Numbered from the stretch's first letter, positions 43,160 through 53,273 are shown. The stretch: DNA of 64,000 nt from Thermoplasmata archaeon (GCA_039794005.1 JBAMMA010000017.1:28737-92736); one strand, 5' to 3'. Notes: generated from the letters alone by a model not told the origin. Program-made: numbers and translations.

Positions 43160-43897
43160 CTATTTCCCGTTTAAAAATTGTTTAATCATCTGAGATAATT
43201 CCTTGGGTTTCTCCAGTATTAATGAATGGCCTCCATCTGATATCTCAATTTTACAATTATTGAATATATTTTTAATGTTTTCATAATATTCCTTTCCAAA
43301 TATTTTATCATTTTTTGCAACTATTGCCAGACATTCTTTATTTGATTTTAATCCTTCTATATTTAAATTGATAAAAACTTCAGCGATATTTGAAAACCTT
43401 GAAAAGTCATATTCATTTTCTTCTTCAAATTTCTTTATGAATTCATAATTCTTTTCTAAAAATCCTTCATCGTAAGCGTATTTTAAACTCTCCTCCTCAT
43501 CCGATATCCATGAAGATATTATTTCTATTATTTTATCATCAATCCTGGTAGATGGACTAATAAAAATACCTTTTTTTGCCTTCCTAGACTTTATTAAAAC
43601 ATATTCTGAAATAATTGAACCTAGGCTATGTCCCAGTATGTAATAACTATTTAATGATAAATTTTCCAGTATATTATCAAAATATTTTACAATATCATCA
43701 AGAGAGAAAGAAAAATCATCGCTTTTTCAATGGCAAGGTAGATCGACGAGGATTCTTTTATACCCATTCAATTCTGATGAGAGAAATTCCATATAGTTTG
43801 AATTGTCAGCAAAGCCATGAACCATCAATATCGGATTACCCTCACCTTCCACCTTATAGAAAATTTTTCCCTTATCTGTTTCATAAAAATTTTCCAT
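43160..43897 (-). pseudogene. alpha/beta hydrolase interrupted by a single in-frame TGA (43727-43729)
   Basis: Manual translation: MENFYETDKGKIFYKVEGEGNPILMVHGF...DLPCH*KSD...ILGHSLG...ND...GGHSL..EKP; 246 codons, no frameshift. Confidence 0.85.
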
Positions 43898-43920
43898 AAA
43901 ATAATAAATTTAAAAAGGGT

Positions 43921-45199
43921 TTATAATTCTTCCCCGGATTCATTCAATTTCATCTTAAATTCGAATAGTTCATCCAGCTCCATGTTTGTTATGTCTACGA
44001 GCATTAATGTGAGCAATGCTCCAATCACCATCATGATTCCATATGCAAATATTATTGGGTATGTTGATGGACCAAGGGAATTTGTTCCAAGGCCGATTAT
44101 AAAGATACCTGTTATAGATCCAAGATTACCCATGAATGTTACAAAACCGTATGTGGTACCTCTAAATTCAGTCTTTGTTAATTCAGCAGGAAATATACCA
44201 GTTGTTGTTCCAACCATTCCATTAAAGAATTCCATCATAACCGCAATAAATATGAGATAAATAACTCCAAGTGGCATAAGATATGGTGCTAGCATTAGAA
44301 AGAAACCAACACCAACAAAACCAATTATTTGCAATGACTTTCTTCCAGTTGTATCAACTATAAACATGGTAAATATTGATGATAAGGCCAATATAGTTAA
44401 AAATAGAGCAGACAGTTCGGCAAGAAGAGCATTTGTTACATTATTTCCATAGATTCCTTCTGCTATCATAGGTAAAAACATGCTGATACTGTCAGTTACC
44501 ATGACATATAAAAATAAAATTATTGAATTTATTATTGTGAATTTTCCCGCTAATCCCTTGAAAATATCCTTTATTATTTCAACACCCAACAACTTACCCT
44601 TTACCATTTCCCATCTCTCGGATTCTGGCATTTCTAACCTGAAATACAATACTATTGCAGCGAGAATCAATGGTATTCCCAGCATTAGTCTCCATCCAAG
44701 TTCATAATTGTTTGGCATATATATAAATACGAAAATAGGTACAATTGTTCCGACTATATAACCAATATTATCGGCTACACTCGCAAATGATAGGAATTTA
44801 CCCCTCACTTCCTTTTTAGATATTTCAGCAATATATGAATTTGAAACAGGAATATCTGCTCCTAAAAGTATACCGGATAAAAATCTCATTGCTAAAATTA
44901 TCCATATGTTATCCAAAATTATCTGGATACCAACAACGATTATTAAAATTAACATGTCATAAATGTATATTGTTCTCCTACCAAAAATATCGGCAAGCCA
45001 ACCTATTATTAACATTCCAATCATTTCACCTATTAAAAATGCTCCCATTAAAATCGTTATCATAATGTCGTCTTCCTGTAATTTAAAAATCGGGATTAAC
45101 AATAAAATTGCAAAAGTCATTATAGCCGTTTCATAACCTTCAATAAAAATACGCCATAAATAATCTAATTACATCAGAAGGTTTTCTTTCACTAGACAT
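43921..45199 (-). pseudogene. MFS sugar-porter-like transporter with frameshift near 5' end
   Basis: ORF 43921-45120 has GWLADIFGRR, YIAE, PESERW, PAEL; TM1 (IFIEGYE) lies upstream in frame but is cut off from ATG 45199 by a frameshift. Confidence 0.65.
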
Positions 45200-45237
45200 A
45201 AAATTTTTATGAAAATTTATATATCTAAATTTTTCAA

Positions 45238-45321
45238 CGCCGCGGGGGAGATTCGAACTCCCGCTCCCTTTCGGGAACCAGCTCTCAAGGCTGGCGCCGT
45301 GGTCCGCTTGGCTACCGCGGC
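45238..45321 (-). tRNA. tRNA-Ser(TGA)
   Basis: CCAGC-CTTGAGA-GCTGG anticodon arm, long variable arm TCCC-GAAA-GGGA, G discriminator. Confidence 0.95.
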
Positions 45322-45358
45322 TTAAATATGATAAATAAAAAGATATATTTTTATTTAT

Positions 45359-46552
45359 TTACAAAAGATCTTCAAATTCTTTTACGAGTTCAGGATATTT
45401 TTTCTGTACCGCATCCAATAGGCTCTTGACTGATATCGATGTTAATTCAACGGAAGATATTGCATCTACAAGTTTATTTAATGTCTCGTCAGAAAGTTCA
45501 GACAGTTTTTCCTTCGCATACCAGTTCCTCAAATTCTTTTTCTCAAATTTTTCCCTTACCTTCTTTTCATATTTTTCATATAAGAATTCCTTTGAGGTGT
45601 TCTTTGCCCTTATAGCCTCTGCTGCTGCTTCTCCCGCCAATTTTCCTGAAATGCATGCATTTGCTACGCCTCCGCCCGTAATAGGATCAATTAACCTGGC
45701 TGCATCACCAACCAACATAACGTTGTCCGTCACGATTGTTTTTGGCATGTAGCACGTTGAAACGGCACCTGTTATTAATTGAATTATTTTTCCTTTTTTA
45801 AGACCTGGATGTTTTTCAATAAAATCATCCAGATATTTTTTGACCTCTCCTGGCTCTTTCAATTTATTAAGAGCTACACCAATGCCTACGTTTGCCTCAT
45901 CCTTACCCTTAGGGAATACCCATACGTATCCTCCAGGTGCACAACTTCCTAGATAGAAATCGGTATAATCCTTATTTAGGTCTATTCCAACCATTCTGTA
46001 TTCAATGCATGATACGATATCTCTTTGATTTAAAAGAGTGTTAATTTTTGCCCATCTTCCAACTTGACTTTCGAATCCATCTGCACCTATGATTATCTTC
46101 GCATAGACATCAACAACACCTTCAGGTTTTCTTACCTTTGCCCCAACAACCTTGCCATTTTCGAAAATCAATGATATTGCTGGGCTTTTTACCCATATTT
46201 CAGCACCTTCCCTTGCGGCCAAGGATGCCAAGTATTTATCAAATTTATCCCTCTCAATTATATAACCTACTTCATTGCCAGCTTTAGATGCACTTAGTTT
46301 TATGTGATTTTTCTCATCTGGAGAAAATATTCTTGCACCCTCAACCTCATTTGAAATCCATTGCTTCTGAGGTTCTATTTCCACCTCTGGCAACCAACTT
46401 TTTGATATACCTTCGCCACACCTAACAGGAGAACCGATGTCTGGCCTTTTCTCTATTAACAAAACTTTAAGATTGTTCCTGGCCGCATATCTCGCAGCCG
46501 TGCTTCCTCCAGGTCCAGCACCTATGACAAGAACATCATATTCATACTTCAT
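45359..46552 (-). CDS. digeranylgeranylglycerophospholipid reductase (archaeal GGR)
   Basis: GAGPGG, PVRCGEG, APGGYVWVFPK, GDAARLIDPITGGG. Confidence 0.93.
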   Translation of the reverse strand: MKYEYDVLVIGAGPGGSTAARYAARNNLKVLLIEKRPDIGSPVRCGEGISKSWLPEVEIEPQKQWISNEVEGARIFSPDEKNHIKLSASKAGNEVGYIIERDKFDKYLASLAAREGAEIWVKSPAISLIFENGKVVGAKVRKPEGVVDVYAKIIIGADGFESQVGRWAKINTLLNQRDIVSCIEYRMVGIDLNKDYTDFYLGSCAPGGYVWVFPKGKDEANVGIGVALNKLKEPGEVKKYLDDFIEKHPGLKKGKIIQLITGAVSTCYMPKTIVTDNVMLVGDAARLIDPITGGGVANACISGKLAGEAAAEAIRAKNTSKEFLYEKYEKKVREKFEKKNLRNWYAKEKLSELSDETLNKLVDAISSVELTSISVKSLLDAVQKKYPELVKEFEDLL

Positions 46553-46725
46553 TTAAACCACTCCGCAGATATTGCACCCATTGGGCATACCCTTATACAA
46601 AATCCGCATTTTATACAGCTACTTTCGTCTATTACAACTCTAGTCTCATCCAGAAACATGCAATTTGCAGGGCATGAGCCTACACATGCCCCACAGTAAT
46701 TGCATTTTGATGTATCTACGGTCAT
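46549..46725 (-). CDS. 2[4Fe-4S] ferredoxin, 58 aa (below ORF track cutoff)
   Basis: MTVDTSKCNYCGACVGSCPANCMFLDETRVVIDESSCIKCGFCIRVCPMGAISAEWFK; two CxxCxxCxxxCP motifs. Confidence 0.92.
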   Translation of the reverse strand: MTVDTSKCNYCGACVGSCPANCMFLDETRVVIDESSCIKCGFCIRVCPMGAISAEWFK

Positions 46726-48287
46726 CAAAGTCCTTCCACCCCCACAACCGTTCCATGTCTCTGTCTATATTCTTCAAGGGATATTGAAAATTTCTTTTCT
46801 ATTTCTGTTCTATATACAGGACCAGAATTGTATGCACAAAATGGAATTATCCTACCATCAGGTGTTGCATAATGTATAACGCATCTTTTAAGTCTTTCCA
46901 AATCATAATTATATTCATCCTGGAAGTGCATGGCTCCTATGAACAGGGAATCCCAGTGCAATTTACCTAATGATTCCTTTGTTCCCTCTTGGAATATATC
47001 TAGAATCTCCTTCAATTTGAAATGTGAAGGTGCATTCTTTGCATCATAATATTTCTTAAATATCCTGTAAATTGTTGGTAATGTTAATACCTTTGTTCTT
47101 TTCTCAAATTTTTCCTGCATTACAAGAGGAATTAATTCTTCCCATAATCCTTCAACGTCTATAAACCTGGTTATTGGTATTATCTTATTTTGATCATAAT
47201 CTTTTAACAGGTATGTGGCGGTTCCGCAATGTGGATGGGATGTAAATGCAACATAATATTTATTTAAAATTTGACTTGCCAGTTCTGAGAATAGTGCAGC
47301 TACAGGTATTGGGAAAAAGTCATCCTTTTCAAAATAGGGTGTTTGATTTATTAGGTCTCTTATCAAATCTCCTTGCGTATATCTACCGACTATCAATTCA
47401 TCCTGGGGTATTCTTCCCGCAAAACTAACCGGCTGATAATTAACAGATCTTATTACATCCAGATTCTTTAATGCAAATTCTATTATTTGACCAACTTCAT
47501 CATCATTTACACCTTTAACAATAACGGGGACCAAAACTGTTGCGAGTGGCTTTGGTTTTGTATTTCTCAAATATTCTATGGCCTGCAACTTTTCCTTTAA
47601 AAATCCAGGCCTTCCCCTTGTTTTGATATAAGTTGAATCCTTGAATCCATCAAATTGTAAATAGACTGTGTGTAATCCTGCATCAAGCATTTTTTGTGCA
47701 AAGTCCGGTTCATGCGCAATCCTTAAACCATTTGTGGCCACCTGTATTTGTGCAAACCCCAATTCCTTCGCTTTCGCAATAACTTCTAAAAACTTAGGAT
47801 ATATTGTTGGTTCTCCACCAGCAAATTGAACGGCAGGTGTTGGGACAGGCTTTTCATTCCTCAAAACCTCCATCATCTTTACAACTTGTTCAAATGTTGG
47901 TTCATAGACATATCCGGCGGCATTTGCATTTGCAAAGCATATTGGGCACTTTAAATTGCATCTATTTGTCAAATCTATGTTTGCAAGTGCCGTGTGACTA
48001 TAATGCAAAACGCACAAACCACAATCATATGGGCAATTTGACCCATTAATATTAGGATTTTGAACCCCCACTCCATCTATGGCAAATTTTTCATATCTTA
48101 AATAAACATCAACATCGCCAAAATAGATATCCTTAAATTCACCATGCTCAGGGCATGTCTTTTTATACATTACCTTTCCATTTTCTTCATATATTGTTGC
48201 AGGGATTACCTTTTTGCAGACTGGACATATTGATAACGTTTCCTTTGGCAATCCTTTTTTCAACTTTGATTGTTGAATTACGCGCAT
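46725..48287 (-). CDS. tes: tetraether lipid synthase Tes (GDGT-MAS, radical SAM, MJ0619 family)
   Basis: N-terminal CPVC...CPEHG, CPYDCGLC..H, CNLKCPIC radical SAM motif, HPHCG, RCVIHYATPDGRIIPFCAYN. Confidence 0.88.
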   Translation of the reverse strand: MRVIQQSKLKKGLPKETLSICPVCKKVIPATIYEENGKVMYKKTCPEHGEFKDIYFGDVDVYLRYEKFAIDGVGVQNPNINGSNCPYDCGLCVLHYSHTALANIDLTNRCNLKCPICFANANAAGYVYEPTFEQVVKMMEVLRNEKPVPTPAVQFAGGEPTIYPKFLEVIAKAKELGFAQIQVATNGLRIAHEPDFAQKMLDAGLHTVYLQFDGFKDSTYIKTRGRPGFLKEKLQAIEYLRNTKPKPLATVLVPVIVKGVNDDEVGQIIEFALKNLDVIRSVNYQPVSFAGRIPQDELIVGRYTQGDLIRDLINQTPYFEKDDFFPIPVAALFSELASQILNKYYVAFTSHPHCGTATYLLKDYDQNKIIPITRFIDVEGLWEELIPLVMQEKFEKRTKVLTLPTIYRIFKKYYDAKNAPSHFKLKEILDIFQEGTKESLGKLHWDSLFIGAMHFQDEYNYDLERLKRCVIHYATPDGRIIPFCAYNSGPVYRTEIEKKFSISLEEYRQRHGTVVGVEGL

Positions 48288-48339
48288 CTATCCCACCTTG
48301 CACTTTTAATTTAAAATTTAAATAAAAGTGTTATGTAGC

Positions 48340-48972
48340 TTATCTAGCTACAGTTTTTCTTTCCTTATAATATTTGCAATAATTATTTACCGGGCATATT
48401 TCACACTTTGGATTTCTTGGTAAACATATTTTTTTACCAAATTCAACAAAATATTCATTTATTTTTTTCCAATATTTTTTATCAATAATTTCCATTAATT
48501 TTTTCTCTGTTTCCTCCGGTGTTTTTGTATTTACAATTCCAATTCTATTCATTATCCTATGAACATGGGTATCCACAGCTATGTAATCCTTATCAAAACA
48601 AACGCTCAACACTATATTGGCAGTCTTAGAACCAACACCTGGAAGAAACAATAAATCTTCTTTATTGTCTGGCACATTTCCATTATATTTTTCGATTAAA
48701 ATCTTAGCTACTTCCTTTATATTTTTTGCCTTAGCCCTGTAGAATCCTATTCCTTTGATTAATTCCATTAATTCATCAATATTGGCATTCTTTAATTCAT
48801 CAAGCGTTTTATATCTTTCATATAACAATTTAGATATCTTTTCAGTCGTTTCATCCTTGGTTCTCTGGGATAATATTGTTGAGATCAAAACCTTCCAAGG
48901 TTCTTTAAAAGGATGTTTATGCGGTTCTACACTTTCAAAAATTTTTCTTAATATTTTTTCATAATCCTTCAT
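48340..48972 (-). CDS. nth: endonuclease III
   Basis: ILSQRTKD, LPGVGSKTA HhH, VDTHVHR, C..R.PKC..CP....C. Confidence 0.93.
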   Translation of the reverse strand: MKDYEKILRKIFESVEPHKHPFKEPWKVLISTILSQRTKDETTEKISKLLYERYKTLDELKNANIDELMELIKGIGFYRAKAKNIKEVAKILIEKYNGNVPDNKEDLLFLPGVGSKTANIVLSVCFDKDYIAVDTHVHRIMNRIGIVNTKTPEETEKKLMEIIDKKYWKKINEYFVEFGKKICLPRNPKCEICPVNNYCKYYKERKTVAR

Positions 48973-48976
48973 TTTT

Positions 48977-50713
48977 TCACCTGAAAACATATGCTGGGCA
49001 TGGTCCTAAACATGCAGAGCAATTCATGCACAAATCTTCAATTATCCATGCCTTATTATCCCTTATTTCAATTGCATTATATTTACATCTTCCTGAACAT
49101 ATACCACATCCTACACATTCCTCTGATTGATATATTATTTGGACTAATTGATCTTTCAATGATTTCTCTGCTTCAACATAATTTTCTTTAATGTTATAAA
49201 CTTCTCTTGGCAAAATGTTAAGCATATTTTTCAGTCTTTCTATATCAAATTTATCTATTTTTATTCTAATTTTTTCATTTTCTTCATATTCTAACTTTAA
49301 TGTATTTCTATCTATATTTTCAACACCAAATTCATTTTTTAAATGTTCTGGAATGTTTTTCCATCTCCAAAGGCCATATTTAATTCTTATTTCAGCATCC
49401 TTATGTCCTTTGAAATATTCGTACAGATAATCCTCCCAACCTTTGAAATCTTTATAAAATTTCTTCACTATTTCTATATCACCCATATCTTGTGAAGGAC
49501 AGAGATAACATCCTATTCTCCATAGTCCTCTTTCATACCATGGATTATATTCAAGATTCCTGTAAAAGATGTACAACCAGATGCTAAGAGAATCCCAATT
49601 TTGTATTGGGCTGAATGCTTTTTGGTTTGGAACCCATTCATTCTCCCATTGTCCTGAATTTTTATATCTGGTAAAACTTTCATATTTTCTTTGACCTATT
49701 ATTACATAAACTTCACCCTTGTCTCTCAAATATCTAGTTGTTGGACCTAGCTTACATACCTTGCAACACCATCTATAATCTCTTCCTGGCGGGCCGAAAT
49801 GGTTCAGAGATTTGAAAAATGCATCTCCTGCATCTATTATATCCATATCTATTCCATATTTTTCTTTTATTTTATTTACATAATTGATAGTTTCTGGAAA
49901 TTCTAAACCTGTGTTTAAGAAAAATACCTTGAATTTTATGCCTGACAAAATTGTTAAATAAAGACTTATAAGGGAATCTTTTCCACCGCTAAATGATACT
50001 AAAACATTTTTACCTTCAAACTTCTTTATTTCTTTTATTGCTTTGGCTTCGATTTTATTCAGGTACGATATATTTGCTTTTACCATTTTATCTATATCTG
50101 CCTTTTTAACCCTGATTTCTTTTTTATCATTCAGATATTTGATTTTAACAGAAACTCCCTTACCATCTTTTGGCTTTTTAAATATTCCAGTTGCAATACA
50201 GTTTTTATTTCTATCTAAAACAAATACATGTTCATTTTCATTTATATCTTTTGAATATTCCAAAACTCCTGGCCACATCAAGTTTTTACCTTCTTTTATA
50301 GATTCAATTGCACCATCATCGGCAATAACAATTTTACCTTTTATATATTCTTTAAAGAGATCGTAAAATATTGGTCTTAGAGAAACATGGTAAGAACCAT
50401 TTTTATAATATATTGTGAAAATTACATCACCGTGCATTATTATTTCCTCGGCCCTATCTTCATTGGGTATTTTGTTCAATAATACAGCATAATCTTTAAC
50501 AATATCTGAAAATTTTCCTGTAATATAATTTGACAGGATTTCATCAATTCTATTGAAATCCTCTTTAAACAGGATCCTCATTTCACCAGGAGGAGTTATT
50601 TTCAATTCTCTAGGAACATTATTACAAATATCACACTTTTCTCCAATAACAGGAAGATCACATTCATCGCACCATTTTACATTTATTTTACCAAGAAATA
50701 TTGGACCTGACAT
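48977..50713 (-). CDS. Zn-ribbon/PUA/PAPS-reductase-like (PP-loop)/ferredoxin multidomain protein
   Basis: WCDEC..CDIC; PUA-like DDGAIESIKEGKNLMWPGV; SFSGGKDS; NTGLEFPET; RWCCKVCK; RIGCYLCP; C-terminal CVGCGICSGRC and CMNCSACLGPCP. Confidence 0.85.
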   Translation of the reverse strand: MSGPIFLGKINVKWCDECDLPVIGEKCDICNNVPRELKITPPGEMRILFKEDFNRIDEILSNYITGKFSDIVKDYAVLLNKIPNEDRAEEIIMHGDVIFTIYYKNGSYHVSLRPIFYDLFKEYIKGKIVIADDGAIESIKEGKNLMWPGVLEYSKDINENEHVFVLDRNKNCIATGIFKKPKDGKGVSVKIKYLNDKKEIRVKKADIDKMVKANISYLNKIEAKAIKEIKKFEGKNVLVSFSGGKDSLISLYLTILSGIKFKVFFLNTGLEFPETINYVNKIKEKYGIDMDIIDAGDAFFKSLNHFGPPGRDYRWCCKVCKLGPTTRYLRDKGEVYVIIGQRKYESFTRYKNSGQWENEWVPNQKAFSPIQNWDSLSIWLYIFYRNLEYNPWYERGLWRIGCYLCPSQDMGDIEIVKKFYKDFKGWEDYLYEYFKGHKDAEIRIKYGLWRWKNIPEHLKNEFGVENIDRNTLKLEYEENEKIRIKIDKFDIERLKNMLNILPREVYNIKENYVEAEKSLKDQLVQIIYQSEECVGCGICSGRCKYNAIEIRDNKAWIIEDLCMNCSACLGPCPAYVFR

Positions 50714-50755
50714 TCTGATTATAATGATTTTTACATATAATTAAAATTTATGATT

Positions 50756-51952
50756 TTAAAATAAAGACATTTTTTCCTTAACATTTTTCTTTGGTAAAAT
50801 GAATATGAAAAAGCTGATTATAATGATAAAAATGGAGAGTATATTAAAAATGTAGCCGAGGTTTGAATAATCAGTTCTAGAAAAAACGCTTGGCAAAAAC
50901 GATCCAATTACCATTCCGCCTGTATTTGCAACACCCCATATTATAGAATTACTCAGTGAAGAATTTTCATATGAATATTCCCTTGTTATTGACATTAGAA
51001 GTGGATAACCTGTATAATTAAAGAAAGAAAATGTGAGCATGAAAATGAATGCCACCCATGATTTAATTAAAACGAATAAAAATATTGAAAGACCTGTTCC
51101 AAAGGTAGATATGAAATACAAAATCCTTTTATCCATTTTATCTGATAATATTCCAAATATTGGTTGACCTAGGATTGCTACAGAATATATCAATGTCATT
51201 ATTACACCTATTAATAACCCAAGTCCTATATTTTTATCATAGGCCAAAAATGTTGGGAACCAGGCTGAAATACCTTGAGTGAATGTTGATCTTAAAAATG
51301 TTATTATTGCCAATATTAACAAATATTTATTTAAGGTTGTGTAAAAATGGTCTTTGGCACTTCTGTTTATAGGTGGTTTAACATTCTCCAATTCTATGAA
51401 TATGAAAATAGATGTAATTAAACCTAATAAAAATAAAGTAACCATTGAAATCTGAAATGAGAAATATTCCTCTATAAGCACCATTATCAATGGATATAGT
51501 GCTCTTCCCGTTGATCCAAAAGCTCCATTTATACCAAGATGCAATCCCCTTTTGTTGCTAGGTGCAATATGATTTAAAACGGATGCCGATAATGGGTGAT
51601 AATATGATGCACCAATCCCCAAAATCGCCGTTGAAATATATATTAAAATTACAGCATATTCATAATTTAATGAATATGAAATTCCTAACAATAGCAATGA
51701 AAAGGACATTAATGATAGACCTAGCGCTATACCTTCGCCAAGTTTTCCTTTTATATCGGCATTCATACTAACAAAAACGGTAGAAATTAATGAAAAACCA
51801 TAAAAAATAAAGAACAATAGGCCTGCATAAATTGGTAAGAGATCAAATCTTTTGGCTAAAAATGGAACTAGAATTGGAAACAAGAAGAATATTCCATCGT
51901 TTATGAAATGCCCGAGACCGGTGAAGAGTATTTTTAAATTGATTTTATCCAT
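50756..51952 (-). CDS. MFS transporter (Fsr-like)
   Basis: GHFIND, GASYYHP, GILSDKMDKR; about 12 TM. Confidence 0.82.
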   Translation of the reverse strand: MDKINLKILFTGLGHFINDGIFFLFPILVPFLAKRFDLLPIYAGLLFFIFYGFSLISTVFVSMNADIKGKLGEGIALGLSLMSFSLLLLGISYSLNYEYAVILIYISTAILGIGASYYHPLSASVLNHIAPSNKRGLHLGINGAFGSTGRALYPLIMVLIEEYFSFQISMVTLFLLGLITSIFIFIELENVKPPINRSAKDHFYTTLNKYLLILAIITFLRSTFTQGISAWFPTFLAYDKNIGLGLLIGVIMTLIYSVAILGQPIFGILSDKMDKRILYFISTFGTGLSIFLFVLIKSWVAFIFMLTFSFFNYTGYPLLMSITREYSYENSSLSNSIIWGVANTGGMVIGSFLPSVFSRTDYSNLGYIFNILSIFIIIISFFIFILPKKNVKEKMSLF

Positions 51953-51967
51953 ATATAAATTATATAT

Positions 51968-52402
51968 CTATTTATTATTTATATTTTTTTCTACGAGTTT
52001 TTTATAATTTTCCTCTAATAAATTTATCAGTTCAATCACTTCCCAATTGTTTTTTGCTATCAACCTAAGATCTTTATCAAAAATAGATATGTCAAATTTT
52101 GAAGGAATTTGTTTTAAAATTGCTTTTAAATCATTTGTTAAATTTAGCCTATTTTTAGTAAATCTATTTATATAAATTAATACCTCCAAAGCCTTACTAT
52201 AATCCCTTAATTCAATATAATCATTAAACATTTTCTTCATAATTATTGACAAAGATAAAATTTCGTCAGGTGAAAACTCAGTATTTTTAATAACCCTCAT
52301 GGCCTCATCTAATTCCAACTTTGCCTCCATTAAATTCTTTTCCATCAAAGCCTTTTTAGCTTTCTTTTCGAATCTTGCTATGTAATCTAATGCATCTAGC
52401 AT
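51968..52402 (-). CDS. hypothetical alpha-helical protein
   Basis: 144-aa ORF, GGAAGGT RBS, helical composition. Confidence 0.6.
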   Translation of the reverse strand: MLDALDYIARFEKKAKKALMEKNLMEAKLELDEAMRVIKNTEFSPDEILSLSIIMKKMFNDYIELRDYSKALEVLIYINRFTKNRLNLTNDLKAILKQIPSKFDISIFDKDLRLIAKNNWEVIELINLLEENYKKLVEKNINNK

Positions 52403-52539
52403 TTACCTTCCTTTAATAAATGATAATGTTTTTAAAATCTAAAATTTTTTTATACCTTTAGGAATGATATTTTTAAATTTAAAAATTTATATTTTTATAT
52501 AAATGAAATATTTTTATCATAAAATGCATTTAATTTCTT

Positions 52540-53262
52540 ATGAATGGCATTATATTGGCAGGGGGTTTTGCAAAAAGGCTAATGCCTATTTCTGAATTTA
52601 TTCCAAAGCCTTTATTACCGATAGATGGAAGGCCATTATTGGACATAATAATAGACAAAATAAAAGAAATAGATACGGAAAAAATTGTAATATCAATAAA
52701 CAAAAGATTTGAAAAAGAATTCAATTTCTATTTAAAATGCCGTAATGATGAAAATTTAAAAATCCTAGTTGAACCTACAATGAGGGAAGAAGAAAAATTT
52801 GGTGCCGTAAAAGGTATCCTATATGCTATGGAAAATTCTGGAGATAATGATTATTTGGTGGTTGCAGGGGATAATTATTTTGATTTTAATTTAAAACCTT
52901 TTTATGAATTTGCCATTAAAAACAATAAAATAACTATAGTAGGTTACGATATTGAGAATATAGAATTATCAAAAAACTATGGAGTTTTTTCACTGGAAAA
53001 TAATAAAATAAAAAATTTCGTTGAAAAACCAGAAAAACCGTTCTCATCTATTGTAAGTACAGGAATATATTATTTTCCAAAGGATTCGGTCGATTTAATT
53101 AAAAAATATTTAATGGAAAGTGAAAATAAAGATCAAATAGGAAAATTAATACAATGGCTTATCAATAAGACAGATGTTTATGCAGTAGTTTTAAAAGGAA
53201 AATGGGTCGATATTGGAAATTTGGATATCTATAGAGAATTATACAATTCTTTTTTACCATAA
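52540..53262 (+). CDS. sugar-phosphate nucleotidyltransferase
   Basis: GIILAGGFAKRL, PKPLLP, AGDN, FVEKP, WVDIG. Confidence 0.9.
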   Translation: MNGIILAGGFAKRLMPISEFIPKPLLPIDGRPLLDIIIDKIKEIDTEKIVISINKRFEKEFNFYLKCRNDENLKILVEPTMREEEKFGAVKGILYAMENSGDNDYLVVAGDNYFDFNLKPFYEFAIKNNKITIVGYDIENIELSKNYGVFSLENNKIKNFVEKPEKPFSSIVSTGIYYFPKDSVDLIKKYLMESENKDQIGKLIQWLINKTDVYAVVLKGKWVDIGNLDIYRELYNSFLP

Positions 53263-53273
53263 TTGAATAAAAA

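Noticed and set aside
43727-43729. TGA recoded as Gly or Sec genome-wide
   Set aside because: TGA is the normal stop for gatE, serS, tes and the ferredoxin; only one case is seen, at a non-Cys position
45238-45321. tRNA with TGA in the loop as a possible suppressor or tRNA-Sec
   Set aside because: Anticodon UGA reads UCA (Ser); a suppressor or Sec tRNA would need anticodon UCA; normal 7-bp acceptor stem
34973-45321. Two tRNA-Ser genes with near-identical 3' ends in inverted orientation, as att sites or an invertible segment
   Set aside because: Both are complete isoacceptors, the enclosed genes are housekeeping, and no recombinase is present
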